Source: an uncultured bacterium
GTDB taxonomy: Bacteria > Edwardsbacteria > CAYGWX01
Reading direction: 5' to 3'
Assembly (NCBI GenBank): GCA_964353855.1
Contig: CAYGWX010000005.1
Coordinates: forward strand, 7,120 to 71,119
DNA length: 64,000 nt
Of the stretch, positions 36,076 through 45,167 are shown one piece after another. Each line of letters opens with the position of its first letter. Position 1 is the first letter of the stretch. The position numbers and the translations under genes are program-made. The notes below the pieces were generated by a model that was not told the DNA's origin, did not search any database, and was given only the letters and a program-made list of their open reading frames with translations.

Positions 36076-36146
36076 AGGGAGGTAACAGGGAGGGATCAGG
36101 GAGGAAAGAGGGAGGGATGTGGGCGTGCAATGGGCTTTTAATGGGG
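36076..36146. repeat. Four tandem 11-bp AGGGAGGnnnn units followed by a GTGGGCGTGCAATGGG motif
   Basis: Read directly. 210-280 bp upstream of the PorQ-like gene. The GTGGG(C/T)GT(G/T)CAATGGG motif recurs at 50059-50075. Confidence 0.65.
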
Positions 36147-36186
36147 GAGCGGTGGGCGTTCAACCCTCCCTCACACCTCCTCTCCT

Positions 36187-36759
36187 CTACAGTTCGAACC
36201 TCAGGATCGGTCCCTGGAACTTGATGACCAGTATCCCTGACGCGACCCCCAGCGCCGCCCCCGCAGCCACATCCGAGGGGTAGTGCCTCCCTAAGTAGAT
36301 GCGGGAAAGCCCGATAACCGTTGCCCCCAGATAAGCAGGTATAGCCAATTTCCGGTACCTCGCAGCAACGACCGTGGCCAAAGAAAAGGCTCCAGTCGCA
36401 TGTCCCGAGGGAAACGAGGAATTCCAGCGTCCGGATTCATCTCCGTCCGGCCTGGTGCGGTTCACCATCCCTTTAAGTCCCTCGACTACTAAACCGCTCC
36501 CGCCCAGGGCTATAGCCGCCAGTTTCGCGCTGTCTTTCTCCCGCCTCTTTCCGAAAGTCTCTCCGGCCAGGCAGAGCGCCATCCCTGCCGACGCCTCCCC
36601 GGCCTTGGAAGCTCCCTTCATCACCGGGTCAAGGGTCGACGAATGCCACCGCTCGTGGATCTGCCGATACCATTTACTATCCAGGCTTTCTGCTTGAGCA
36701 ACATCGGTCACCGACAGGAGCAACAGCAACACGAGAACTCCTCGAACGATGGGGTTCAT
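36187..36759 (-). CDS. PAP2-family membrane/periplasmic phosphatase
   Basis: KxxxxxxRP, SFPSGHA and SRIYLGRHYPSDV motifs. Start trimmed to MNPIVRG, which overlaps the tatC stop in an ATGA arrangement. Confidence 0.75.
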   Translation of the reverse strand: MNPIVRGVLVLLLLLSVTDVAQAESLDSKWYRQIHERWHSSTLDPVMKGASKAGEASAGMALCLAGETFGKRREKDSAKLAAIALGGSGLVVEGLKGMVNRTRPDGDESGRWNSSFPSGHATGAFSLATVVAARYRKLAIPAYLGATVIGLSRIYLGRHYPSDVAAGAALGVASGILVIKFQGPILRFEL

Positions 36760-37514
36760 GCCGCCCGCGCCTCGCCTAACTGGGTTGCGGTCTTCTCCTT
36801 TTTCTTCACCGCCAGATAAGAGATCCAAATCCCCATCTCGTACAGGATGATCAGGATTCCCGCCTGGATGAAAAGCGAGAAAATGTCCTGGGTCGGGGTC
36901 AGGGCCGCGATGGTGAAGGCGATGACGATGGCGAAGCGACGCTGCTTTCTCAGGGATTGCGGGGTCACGATCCCCAGGCGCACCAGGAAGACGATGACCA
37001 CCGGAACCTCGAAGATCAGCCCGCAGGCTAGCATGAACCAGAACACGAAGCCGAGATAGCTGTTGGCCTCCAGCAGGGGCTCCACCTGTCCGGTCCCGAA
37101 CAGGAGGAGCATCTTGATCCCTAGGGGCAGGATACCGTAGTAGCAGAACAGGACCCCTAGAATGAAGAGGATTGTGGAGGCAAAGGCCGCCGGAATGATG
37201 TTGCCCTTTTCTCGCCGGTTCAGAGCCGGGGAAACGAAGGCCCAGAATTCGTAGAACAGGATGGGGAGGGCCAAAAGGACGCCCAGGCCCAGCCCTACCT
37301 TAAAGCGTACCAGAAACCCTCCGGCCACGCCGAAGAAGTAGAGCTTGGTGTCCGGCCGGAACGCCTTGAGGGGAATGACCAGCCAGTCCAGGACCCGGGG
37401 GAAAAGGAAGAAGCCGGCGATGGAGGTCGTCCCCAGCGCCGCGAGGCAGACGATCAGGCGCCCTCTCAGCTCCTCGAGGTGTTCGAGAAAGGGCATCTCT
37501 CGTTCTTCGGGCAT
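36756..37514 (-). CDS. tatC: Twin-arginine translocase subunit TatC
   Basis: Six-TM TatC with N-terminal FLEHLEELRGRL and conserved loops. No tatA visible nearby. Confidence 0.85.
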   Translation of the reverse strand: MPEEREMPFLEHLEELRGRLIVCLAALGTTSIAGFFLFPRVLDWLVIPLKAFRPDTKLYFFGVAGGFLVRFKVGLGLGVLLALPILFYEFWAFVSPALNRREKGNIIPAAFASTILFILGVLFCYYGILPLGIKMLLLFGTGQVEPLLEANSYLGFVFWFMLACGLIFEVPVVIVFLVRLGIVTPQSLRKQRRFAIVIAFTIAALTPTQDIFSLFIQAGILIILYEMGIWISYLAVKKKEKTATQLGEARAA

Positions 37515-37518
37515 CGCT

Positions 37519-38481
37519 CTATAACCGGAACTCCAGATGGCCCAGCGCCCCGAAGATGGTCACCGCCCTGGGCTTGCAGACCTCGAAGCACAGACCACAC
37601 CCGATACAGGCCTCCCGGGTGATCTTGTGCTGCTTGTCGGGCTCGCCCACGATGCAGTGCGTGGGGCAGACCACGAGACAGTCCCCGCAACCCGTGCAGG
37701 TCGTCCCGATGAATGCCGTGGGCCGCACCGGCACCCGATCCACGAAGGACCGGGGAGGGCAGAGGTGGGCGCAGATTCCGCAAGAGCGGCAAGCCTTGAA
37801 GTCGATGACCGGCAGGTTCCTTTCAAACGAGATGGCCTTATCCGGGCAGACCGGGGCGCACTTCCCGCAAGTATCGCACCCCCGGGAACACTTTTGAGTA
37901 ACCATTTCACCCGCCTCTTCGGCCCGGCAGGCGATGTAGACCTTCTGAGGGCTGGGGATCATCACGAGGACATCGTTCGGACAGATGGCCACGCAGAGCA
38001 TGCATCCGGTGCAGGTGGACTCCTCTATCCGGGGAAGTCGCTGTTCATCCATGCGGATCGCATCCTCCGGGCAGACCGCCACGCAGGTCGCCATCTCCAG
38101 ACATCCGAACAGGCATGTCCTCTGACCCCCGCCTAGGAGCATCGCGGCCCGGCAGTCCGGAATCCCGTCGTAGCGGTAGCGTTCGTGGCACTCCTCCTTC
38201 CCGCCCTGGCAGGCTAAGACTGCGATCGCTTGTTTCTCCTCGGGTACGAAGTCATCCAGGAAGACCCGATCCAGTTCCCTCAGGAACACTTCACCCAGGA
38301 ACGGGCAGGCTTTGGGCTTAACCTTGTGATCGGTAAGGGAGACGGCGAATCCAATACATCCCCTCTCCTCGCCGCACAGGCCGCAGTTGCTTCCCGGAAG
38401 AAGGTCGAGGATCCTTTCGGTTCTTTGTGATGGAGTTGTTTTCGAAGATTCGCTATCGATGGTTTCGATTTCTGTATTCAT
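37519..38481 (-). CDS. RnfB-like soluble polyferredoxin (N-terminal Cys4 Fe-S domain plus about five [4Fe-4S] CxxCxxCxxxCP motifs)
   Basis: N-terminal CGLCGEERGC...C resembles the RnfB FeS domain. Five ferredoxin-type motifs follow: CSRGCDTCGKCAPVCP, CRSCGICAHLCP, CTGCGDCLVVCP, CIGCGLCFEVC and CTGCMLCVAICP. No N-terminal TM helix. Start trimmed to M14. Confidence 0.6.
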   Translation of the reverse strand: MNTEIETIDSESSKTTPSQRTERILDLLPGSNCGLCGEERGCIGFAVSLTDHKVKPKACPFLGEVFLRELDRVFLDDFVPEEKQAIAVLACQGGKEECHERYRYDGIPDCRAAMLLGGGQRTCLFGCLEMATCVAVCPEDAIRMDEQRLPRIEESTCTGCMLCVAICPNDVLVMIPSPQKVYIACRAEEAGEMVTQKCSRGCDTCGKCAPVCPDKAISFERNLPVIDFKACRSCGICAHLCPPRSFVDRVPVRPTAFIGTTCTGCGDCLVVCPTHCIVGEPDKQHKITREACIGCGLCFEVCKPRAVTIFGALGHLEFRL

Positions 38482-38491
38482 GTCACCTTTT

Positions 38492-39064
38492 TCAGGGGTA
38501 GAGGCGAAACGCCCGGGCAAGACCCATCAGGACCATCGAGAATAGGCCGAGGAGGATTAGGACCGAGGGAAGGCCATTCAATGATTTCGGGATCGGCGCC
38601 CCCTTAAGCCTTCCGCGGAAAGTCGCCAGAAGAAAGAGGATAAGGCCATAGCCCAGGGTTGCCCCCAAGCCCTTCGCAGTCATTGAAAGAAAGCCCTCAG
38701 GCTCGGAAAGGATCAGGAGAATCGTGCCAAAGAAAGCGCCGTTCGCCGGAAGCAGACTGAGGTGAGACGTAAAGCCTTGCTCCGGAAACCACTTCAGGGA
38801 TACCGCTCGTTCCCCCCATATCACCAGGCTCGCCGCCCCCAGGAAGAGAATCCACTTAAACCCGTCGAGGAAACCAAGAAAAGGAGCGATCACCCAGCAG
38901 ACCCAGAGGCTTGGCAGGAGCGCGAGGAAGTATGCGGCGAAGTGGGGGCGAGCGGTTCGGTACTTCTGAGTGAACCCCAAGGCCGCGCCGGGGACGACGA
39001 GCCTGTCGGTGAGAACGTTCCAAGCCAGTCCGGCCGAGAGGAGCGCGAATCCTATTTCACGCAC
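38492..39064 (-). CDS. Divergent RnfA-like membrane subunit
   Basis: C-terminus ...APIPKSLNGLPSVLILLGLFSMVLMGL matches the RnfA/NqrE tail. The N-terminal GLCPF motif is not conserved. Confidence 0.5.
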   Translation of the reverse strand: MREIGFALLSAGLAWNVLTDRLVVPGAALGFTQKYRTARPHFAAYFLALLPSLWVCWVIAPFLGFLDGFKWILFLGAASLVIWGERAVSLKWFPEQGFTSHLSLLPANGAFFGTILLILSEPEGFLSMTAKGLGATLGYGLILFLLATFRGRLKGAPIPKSLNGLPSVLILLGLFSMVLMGLARAFRLYP

Positions 39065-39659
39065 GGCGCCTGACCCTCCCCAGGAATCCCAAGCCTAACC
39101 CGACCACAAGAAACGCACCAAAAGGCAGAGCGAAGCCCGAGGCCGCATGGGTATGCCATTTCTCGCCCAAGATCGGGAACCCCCAGACCGTTCCCAGGCC
39201 TAAAAGCTCGCGCAGGAAGCTCATCGCGATCATGAGCCCGCTGAATCCGAGGCCCATCCCCAGCGCGTCCACCGCCGAATGACCAGCCGTCTGGTGCCTG
39301 GCGAAGGCTCCGGCCCTTCCCAGAACGATCTCGTTCACGGCTAAAAGGGGAAGGAATATCCCCAGGCGCATCGCCAAACCGCCCCACAGGGCATGGGTGG
39401 CCGCTTGAGCCAGAGCCGTGTAGACCGTGGCGACGATGATGAACGCCGTCAGCCGATAATGGGCTCCGAGGAACGCCCGAAGGAGGGAAACCGTGAGGTT
39501 TGTTGCCAGGAGCACGGCCACCAGGGCTGCGGAAATGAGTGCCGCTTCTCTGAGGGTGGTCGAGAGGGCCAGTAGTGGACAGAGCCCGGCGATGCCCCGA
39601 ATCAAGGGGTTCTCGGAAAAGAATCCTTTGGTCAATATCTCGCCCGAGGTTAGCTTCAT
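39057..39659 (-). CDS. RnfE-like membrane subunit
   Basis: NPLIRGIAGLCPLLALSTT matches the RnfE/NqrD GLCPLLA motif. Six-TM profile. Confidence 0.6.
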   Translation of the reverse strand: MKLTSGEILTKGFFSENPLIRGIAGLCPLLALSTTLREAALISAALVAVLLATNLTVSLLRAFLGAHYRLTAFIIVATVYTALAQAATHALWGGLAMRLGIFLPLLAVNEIVLGRAGAFARHQTAGHSAVDALGMGLGFSGLMIAMSFLRELLGLGTVWGFPILGEKWHTHAASGFALPFGAFLVVGLGLGFLGRVRRRA

Positions 39660-40576
39660 CGCCTACGGTCTCCGAGCCGATCCAGGAGCGGAGTAGCCAG
39701 GCTGACCGCCAAAGGCAAAACGAAAAGCCCTTCGGGGTCCCCTCCCATTCCTCGCAGGAGGGCAATCAGGGCTCCCAGGGAGAGCCCGAAGACCCACTGA
39801 CCTCCGTGCGCCAGGGGAGTCGTTAGCGGATCCGTGGATAGAAAGACGATCAGGAAGTAAAGCGAAGGCATGCACAGGACTTGCCGGATGTCTCCGTGAA
39901 ACCAGACGTGGGACCCATCCCCCAGACGCGTTCCGAGTCCGACAAGGAGGAGAGCGCCCATGGCGATCCTCCATTTTATGCCCTGACCAAGAAGGAAGAC
40001 GGCGCCCAGAACCAGGAGTGCCGCCGAGGCTTCTCCGTTCAGATGCCCCGGACGGAAAAGGAAATCGTTTACCGAGGCCAGCCCGATGCCGTGCCAGGTG
40101 TCGGGAAGGGTTAAAGGAAAGTCGGCTTTTATCGGGGTGCGGTGAAAATAGTTGGGCCAGGAAAGATAGACAAAGAGCCTCCCGGCCAGGGCCGGATGGA
40201 GAAAGTAGAAGCCGTTTCCTCCGAACGCCTCCTGTCCGATGAGGATTCCGAAAGCGGTTCCCGCACACGCCAGCCAGGGAGGGGCGCCGGAAGGAAGCGT
40301 GAGAGCCATAAGACAGCCCATGAGAGCGCCATGGCCGTTCGTAATCCTCAAGGGAAGGCCGCGCATTCGGCAACACAAACTCTCGGCCAGGATGGCCGTT
40401 AGGATCCCCGAGACAAGAAGGACGAAGCTCTCCAGGCGCCAGAGGAAGAGGGCGCCAGCAACGGCGGGGAGGAGGGCCAATCCCCAGCTGAGATGATAGG
40501 ACGACAGCGACGCCCCGGAAAACTCATGAGGGGAGCTTGAGACGATCACTCCCTTTAGCCTCATGGGGAGCGCCAT
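39656..40576 (-). CDS. RnfD-like membrane subunit
   Basis: IVSSSPHEF (cf. RnfD IASSPYTH) and FYFLHPALAGRLFV (cf. NPAMIGYVV). Start set at MALPMRLKG, 1 nt after the rnfC-like stop. I could not find an SGAT-type FMN-attachment motif. Confidence 0.55.
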   Translation of the reverse strand: MALPMRLKGVIVSSSPHEFSGASLSSYHLSWGLALLPAVAGALFLWRLESFVLLVSGILTAILAESLCCRMRGLPLRITNGHGALMGCLMALTLPSGAPPWLACAGTAFGILIGQEAFGGNGFYFLHPALAGRLFVYLSWPNYFHRTPIKADFPLTLPDTWHGIGLASVNDFLFRPGHLNGEASAALLVLGAVFLLGQGIKWRIAMGALLLVGLGTRLGDGSHVWFHGDIRQVLCMPSLYFLIVFLSTDPLTTPLAHGGQWVFGLSLGALIALLRGMGGDPEGLFVLPLAVSLATPLLDRLGDRRR

Positions 40577-40577
40577 T

Positions 40578-41867
40578 TCAAGAGGCAGGAACTCTGTCTC
40601 TACCTTCGCCACGCTTCTCCAATTCCTTTTTCGCAAACCGGAACCCATGGACCAGCTTGAGGTGCGAGGGGCAAGTCCAGGCGCAAGCTCCGCATTCGCT
40701 ACATTCCTCCAGCCCATAGGCCCGGGCGACTTCCCAATCCTCTAACTGGCAGGCCTCGAAGAGGCGGGCGGGATTTAGATCGTGAGGGCAGGCTTCCAGG
40801 CACCAGCCGCAACGGAGGCAGGGTTCCTCCCTCAGGATCTCAGCGTCTTCGCGTTTGATGAGGAAAATGCTGTGCGTTTCCCTTCCGATCCCGGCCCGGT
40901 CATCGAACTGCGCCCAGCCCCGCATCGCATCCCCGGCCACGACTTTCCCCAGACTCTCGGGCTCGACACCGCAAAAGGAAAGGACCGCTGAGAGCGGAGT
41001 CCCGATCCGCACCCTCAGGTTGCGGGAAGAGGAAATTCCGCTTCCGGACACCGTGATCAACCTTTCAAGAACAGGATGCCTCCAGATCATCGCCTCAGCA
41101 AGAAGAAAGATGCTTTCGGCCTCTACGATAAGGGCGAATCCTGCATCGTCGACCAGATCCTTCAGCACCCTTCGAGGCAGGATCGTGGAGAGCAAAATAT
41201 CTTCCTCAGCCTGGGGATAGAGCCCGGAGACGCAAACCAGCGCAATGTTCTCCATAGCCTTCACCACTCGTTTCCAGGCCGCAAAGACCTGGGCAGGTCT
41301 CGGTTCCACAGCGATCAAGACTCTCTGGCAGGCATAGAGGCGCTGGAGGATTTCCAGGCCTGCCCGAATCGTATCCGAGAACTCCAAGACCAGCCTCTGT
41401 GCTCCTGCCGAATAAGGGTCGTCATGAAAGCCGGTGACCACCAGAACTTCTACGGCCCTCTCCGGGATGGGTGGCAAGTTCAAGCCCTTTCCCCAAACGG
41501 TCTTAAGAAGTTCCGCCTGTCCGAGCCTGCGAAAATCACGGGTCGGCTCAAAGACCTCCTTTTCGTCCAAGCGTTCGATCCTGACCGATGGCTCCTGGAA
41601 CCCCGTGAGGTGCGGTAAAAGCTCTATCGCTTCCACTCTTCCGGAGATCGGCGCCAGCAAAGGCACCTGGTCCTCGGCCAACAGGTCTCCGGCCTTGACC
41701 TTGCTCCCCTTTTGGACCGCGGGTTTCAACGCTCTTCCATCGAGGGCAAGGAGGGGGACCACGACCCAGTTGGGAACCGGAATGGTTTCGATAGGAGTCT
41801 GCCAGGCAGGCTCTTTGGAAAGGGGAATCCCCCCCCGGAACGGGCGCCCCCGCAGGATCCTTTTCAT
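40578..41867 (-). CDS. RnfC-like subunit with two [4Fe-4S] motifs but lacking the canonical NADH/FMN-binding signatures
   Basis: Collinear with RnfC: N-terminal GGIPL (cf. GGIHPP), a VKAGD SLBB-like region, and C-terminal CLRCGWCLEACP and CSECGACAWTCP. The position of GLGGAGFPT reads GKGLNLPPI, and CEPY reads HDDPY. Confidence 0.55.
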   Translation of the reverse strand: MKRILRGRPFRGGIPLSKEPAWQTPIETIPVPNWVVVPLLALDGRALKPAVQKGSKVKAGDLLAEDQVPLLAPISGRVEAIELLPHLTGFQEPSVRIERLDEKEVFEPTRDFRRLGQAELLKTVWGKGLNLPPIPERAVEVLVVTGFHDDPYSAGAQRLVLEFSDTIRAGLEILQRLYACQRVLIAVEPRPAQVFAAWKRVVKAMENIALVCVSGLYPQAEEDILLSTILPRRVLKDLVDDAGFALIVEAESIFLLAEAMIWRHPVLERLITVSGSGISSSRNLRVRIGTPLSAVLSFCGVEPESLGKVVAGDAMRGWAQFDDRAGIGRETHSIFLIKREDAEILREEPCLRCGWCLEACPHDLNPARLFEACQLEDWEVARAYGLEECSECGACAWTCPSHLKLVHGFRFAKKELEKRGEGRDRVPAS

Positions 41868-41936
41868 CCCGACAGACCGATGCCCTCCGGAAGGCGATGT
41901 TCCAGAGGGCGTTCCGTAATTCGCGGATCTCTCATC

Positions 41937-42392
41937 TTACTTATGTTTCTCTAACAGCCTGCGCAGTTCCTCCATGAACTCCTTGCTGTCCTTGAAGGAG
42001 CGGTAGACCGAGGCGAAGCGGACGTAGGCCACGCCATCCAAGTCCTTCAGGGCTTCCATGACCAGTTCCCCCACCTCCTGGCTCGTGACCTCGCTTTTGC
42101 CCGTGGCGGTCAGCTCCCCTTCCACGCTCTCCACGATCTTCTCCAGGGCGTTGATTCCGATCGGCCGCTTCTCGCAGGCCTTCCGCATGCCCCGCAGCAG
42201 CTTCTCCCGGTCAAAGGGCTCCCGCCTTCCATCCTTCTTGACCACCACCAGGGGTGGCTCCACGTACTCGTAGGTCGTAAAGCGCCGCTTGCAGGAGAGG
42301 CATTCCCGCCGGCGGCGGATGGCGTCTCCGTCCCGGGACAGCCGGGAATCGATCACCCGGTCCTTCTGGAATCCGCAAACCGGACAGCGCAT
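41937..42392 (-). CDS. nrdR: Transcriptional repressor NrdR
   Basis: MRCPVCG...C zinc ribbon plus ATP-cone. The track's 44-aa N-terminal extension was trimmed. The ATG overlaps the upstream stop by 1 nt. Confidence 0.85.
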   Translation of the reverse strand: MRCPVCGFQKDRVIDSRLSRDGDAIRRRRECLSCKRRFTTYEYVEPPLVVVKKDGRREPFDREKLLRGMRKACEKRPIGINALEKIVESVEGELTATGKSEVTSQEVGELVMEALKDLDGVAYVRFASVYRSFKDSKEFMEELRRLLEKHK

Positions 42393-42871
42393 TACTTGGC
42401 CTTCGGCTTGAACAGCTCCACCTTGAGCTTCGCCTCCTTGAGTATCTGTCGGGAGAGCTCGTCGGGGTACCCTTTCCGTACCACGATCCTCTTGATCCCT
42501 GCGTTGATGACCATCTTCGTGCACAGGACGCAGGGGTGATGCGTGGAATAAAGCGTCGCGCCCTGGATGTTCACGCCCGAGGTCGCCGCCTGAATGATGG
42601 CGTTCTGCTCGGCATGGATGGCCCGCGAGACCTCATGCCTTTCTCCGGAGGGAACGCCCAGGCGATCCCGTAGGCAGCCCCCCAATTCATCGCAGTGCAG
42701 CAGCCCGGCCGGCGGGCCGTTGTATCCCGTGGCCAGGATCCTCTTGTCCTTGACCAGGAGGGCCCCCACCGACCGGCGCAGACAGGTGGAACGCCGGGAC
42801 ACGAGGTCGGTGATGCCCATGAAATACTCGTCCCAGGAGGGTCTACCGTCTGTTTTCTTGCTTCGCTTCAA
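42392..42871 (-). CDS. dCMP/CMP deaminase (ComEB-like), zinc-binding
   Basis: HAEQNAI and [15 protein letters not shown] motifs. Confidence 0.85.
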   Translation of the reverse strand: MKRSKKTDGRPSWDEYFMGITDLVSRRSTCLRRSVGALLVKDKRILATGYNGPPAGLLHCDELGGCLRDRLGVPSGERHEVSRAIHAEQNAIIQAATSGVNIQGATLYSTHHPCVLCTKMVINAGIKRIVVRKGYPDELSRQILKEAKLKVELFKPKAK

Positions 42872-42877
42872 AAAGGC

Positions 42878-43288
42878 CTATCTCGGAGGCAGGCCTGCCC
42901 CCTCCTGGAAGGAGAGCTCCCCTTTGACCTCGGTCAGGCAGTCCGAGAGCACGTTCATCTGGTGCAGGGCGATGGTCTCCTCCAGGGCCTGGCGGGCGAT
43001 CAGCCCCATATCCACCAAGATGTCCCCCAGGCGTGTGGCCCCGGCGGACTCTCGCTGCTTGCTCAGGGCCTGCTTGAGCTGCTCGCGGTCGATCTTCCCG
43101 GCCTCGGTCAGGATGTCCCCGATGAGCTTCTTCCTCTCGTCCGAGGAAAAGCTTACCACCTCCCCGTGGGCGAAGGCCACGTGCTCGCATACCTCCGCGC
43201 TCTCGATGGTCAGGGTCCCTGTCCAGCGCTCGGCCTTGGCTTTGGAAACCACTTCGTTGAAGGTCATCAGTCCCAACTTCTTTGCCAT
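42878..43288 (-). CDS. DUF4388-like domain followed by two tandem T2SSE_N/MshEN-like motifs
   Basis: WTGTLTIESAEVCEHVAFAHGEVVSF (DUF4388 pattern), then KKLIGDILTEAGKIDREQLKQALSKQ and TRLGDILVDMGLIARQALEETIALHQ, which follow the RLGxxLxxxGxxxxxxLxxxLxxQ motif. Start trimmed to MAKKLG after the glyA stop. Confidence 0.45.
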   Translation of the reverse strand: MAKKLGLMTFNEVVSKAKAERWTGTLTIESAEVCEHVAFAHGEVVSFSSDERKKLIGDILTEAGKIDREQLKQALSKQRESAGATRLGDILVDMGLIARQALEETIALHQMNVLSDCLTEVKGELSFQEGAGLPPR

Positions 43289-43304
43289 GATAGCCTCCTC
43301 CCTC

Positions 43305-44558
43305 TTATAGGCGGTTGGCGTAGAGAGGAAAATGTCTGCAGAGCGACCCGACATCGCTCTTCACCTCGGTCGCAACCTTCTCATCTCCGGGATGAGAAAG
43401 CACCTTGTCCAACAAGCCGGCGATGGCGACCATCTCGGGTTCCTTCATGCCCCGGGTGGTCAGGGCCGGGGTGCCCAAGCGGATCCCGCTCGTCACCGTG
43501 GGCTTCTGGGTTTCAAAGGGCACGGTGTTCTTGTTCACCGTGATCCCGGATGCCCCCAGGACGTCCTCGGCCTGCTTTCCGGTGATCCCCTTGGTCGTGA
43601 GGTTCACGAGCAGGAGGTGGGTGTCAGTTCCCCCCGAGACCAGGTGGTAGCCCCGCCGTTTCATCTCCTCGGCCAGGGCCCGGGCGTTCTTCACCACCTG
43701 GGACTGGTAGGTCTTGAACTCCGGCTCCAGGGCCTCCTTCAGGGCCACGGCCTTGGCCGCGATGCAGTGCATCAGGGGTCCGCCCTGCATCCCGGGCATC
43801 ACGGTCCGGTCCACATCCTTGGCGTACTTCGCCTTGCACATAATCATCCCGCCACGCGGCCCCCGCAGGGTCTTGTGCGTGGTCGTGGTCACGAGGTCGG
43901 CGTAGGGGACCGGGGAGGGGTGCAGGCCGGTGGCGACCAAGCCGGCGATGTGGGCGATGTCCACCATGAGCGTGGCCCCCACCTCGTCGGCGATCTCCCG
44001 GAACTTGGCGAAGTCCAGGGTCCGGGGATAGGCGCTGGCCCCGGCCAGGATCATCTTGGGTTTGTGGACCTGGGCCATTTTGCGGAGCTCGTCGTAGTCG
44101 ATGGTCTCGGTCCGCTGGGACACCCCGTAGGAGATGCAGTTGTAGAACTGGCCGGAGAAGTTCACCTTGTACCCGTGGGTCAGGTGCCCGCCGTGGGAGA
44201 GGTCCAGGCCGAGGAAGGTGTCCCCCAACTTCAGGAGGACCATGTAGGCCGCCATGTTGGCCTGGGCCCCGGCGTGGGGCTGGACATTGGCGTGGTCGCA
44301 CCCGAAGAGCTGTTTGGCCCGCTCCCGGGCAAGGTTTTCGGCCACGTCTACGAACTCACACCCTCCGTAGTAGCGCTTTCCGGGAAGCCCCTCGGCGTAC
44401 TTGTTGGTCATCACCGAGCCCAGGGCCTCCAGGACCGCGTCGGAGACGAAGTTCTCCGAGGCGATGAGCTCCAGGCCGTCGGCTTGGCGCCGGGTCTCAT
44501 TTAGGATGGCCTCGTAAATGTCCGGATCGTACTGTCTCAGGGGCAATGAATTCATCAT
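43305..44558 (-). CDS. glyA: Serine hydroxymethyltransferase
   Basis: Full-length SHMT with the [14 protein letters not shown]-lysine motif. Confidence 0.95.
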   Translation of the reverse strand: MMNSLPLRQYDPDIYEAILNETRRQADGLELIASENFVSDAVLEALGSVMTNKYAEGLPGKRYYGGCEFVDVAENLARERAKQLFGCDHANVQPHAGAQANMAAYMVLLKLGDTFLGLDLSHGGHLTHGYKVNFSGQFYNCISYGVSQRTETIDYDELRKMAQVHKPKMILAGASAYPRTLDFAKFREIADEVGATLMVDIAHIAGLVATGLHPSPVPYADLVTTTTHKTLRGPRGGMIMCKAKYAKDVDRTVMPGMQGGPLMHCIAAKAVALKEALEPEFKTYQSQVVKNARALAEEMKRRGYHLVSGGTDTHLLLVNLTTKGITGKQAEDVLGASGITVNKNTVPFETQKPTVTSGIRLGTPALTTRGMKEPEMVAIAGLLDKVLSHPGDEKVATEVKSDVGSLCRHFPLYANRL

Positions 44559-44568
44559 ACCTCCAGGG

Positions 44569-45018
44569 CTATCTTTCGATCTGTTTTATTTTATCGATCC
44601 TTCTCCCGTGCCGCCCGCCCTCGAAGGAAGAGTCCAGCCAGGCCTCGGCGATCACCTTGGCGGTCTCCTCGGAGACGAAGTCCGCGGCCAGGACGAGCAC
44701 ATTGGCATCGTTGTGCGCCCGGGCCAGCCGGGCCATCTCGGGAGAGAAGCACAGGGCGGCCCGGATGCCCTTCACCTTGTTGGCCGACATCGCCATGCCG
44801 TTCCCTGTGGCGCACATCAGGATCCCCTGGAAGGCCTGGCCCCCGGCCACGGCCTGGGCCGCCGGGATCCCGTAGTCCGGGTAATCGCAGGACTCCTGGC
44901 TGTTCGTGCCGAAGTCCTTGACCTCGTAGCCCTTGGACATAAGCAGGGCCTTCAGGGTTTCCTTGAGGTGGAGCCCCTGATGGTCCGCGGCCAGAGCGAT
45001 GAGCTTGCCTTTATCCAT
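44569..45018 (-). CDS. rpiB: Ribose-5-phosphate isomerase B (RpiB/LacAB family)
   Basis: 149 aa with the [17 protein letters not shown] motif. Confidence 0.85.
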   Translation of the reverse strand: MDKGKLIALAADHQGLHLKETLKALLMSKGYEVKDFGTNSQESCDYPDYGIPAAQAVAGGQAFQGILMCATGNGMAMSANKVKGIRAALCFSPEMARLARAHNDANVLVLAADFVSEETAKVIAEAWLDSSFEGGRHGRRIDKIKQIER

Positions 45019-45027
45019 AACCTTTAA

Positions 45028-45056
45028 AGTATAAAGGATTTCCCATATTTTTTCAA
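45028..45056 (-). promoter_or_regulatory. Near-consensus sigma70 promoter (TTGAAA-17-TATACT) driving rpiB-glyA-...
   Basis: On the minus strand, TTGAAA is the reverse complement of 45051-45056. A 17-nt spacer follows, then TATACT (reverse complement of 45028-45033), then AAGG and the ATG about 9 nt downstream. Confidence 0.5.
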
Positions 45057-45167
45057 GGGGAAAAGGTGCCCCTGGTGTCTATAAAAGAGGGCAAGGGCAA
45101 GGACATCGGATGATCAATAGAAATCAGAGGAGAATATCAGCTAACTTACGCCCCGGGAATGGCGCGA

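Noticed and set aside
40578-41867. Calling the cluster a canonical RnfABCDGE NADH:ferredoxin oxidoreductase.
   Set aside because: There is no rnfG, and the RnfC homologue lacks the GGAGFP/CEPY signatures. I annotated it as Rnf-like only.
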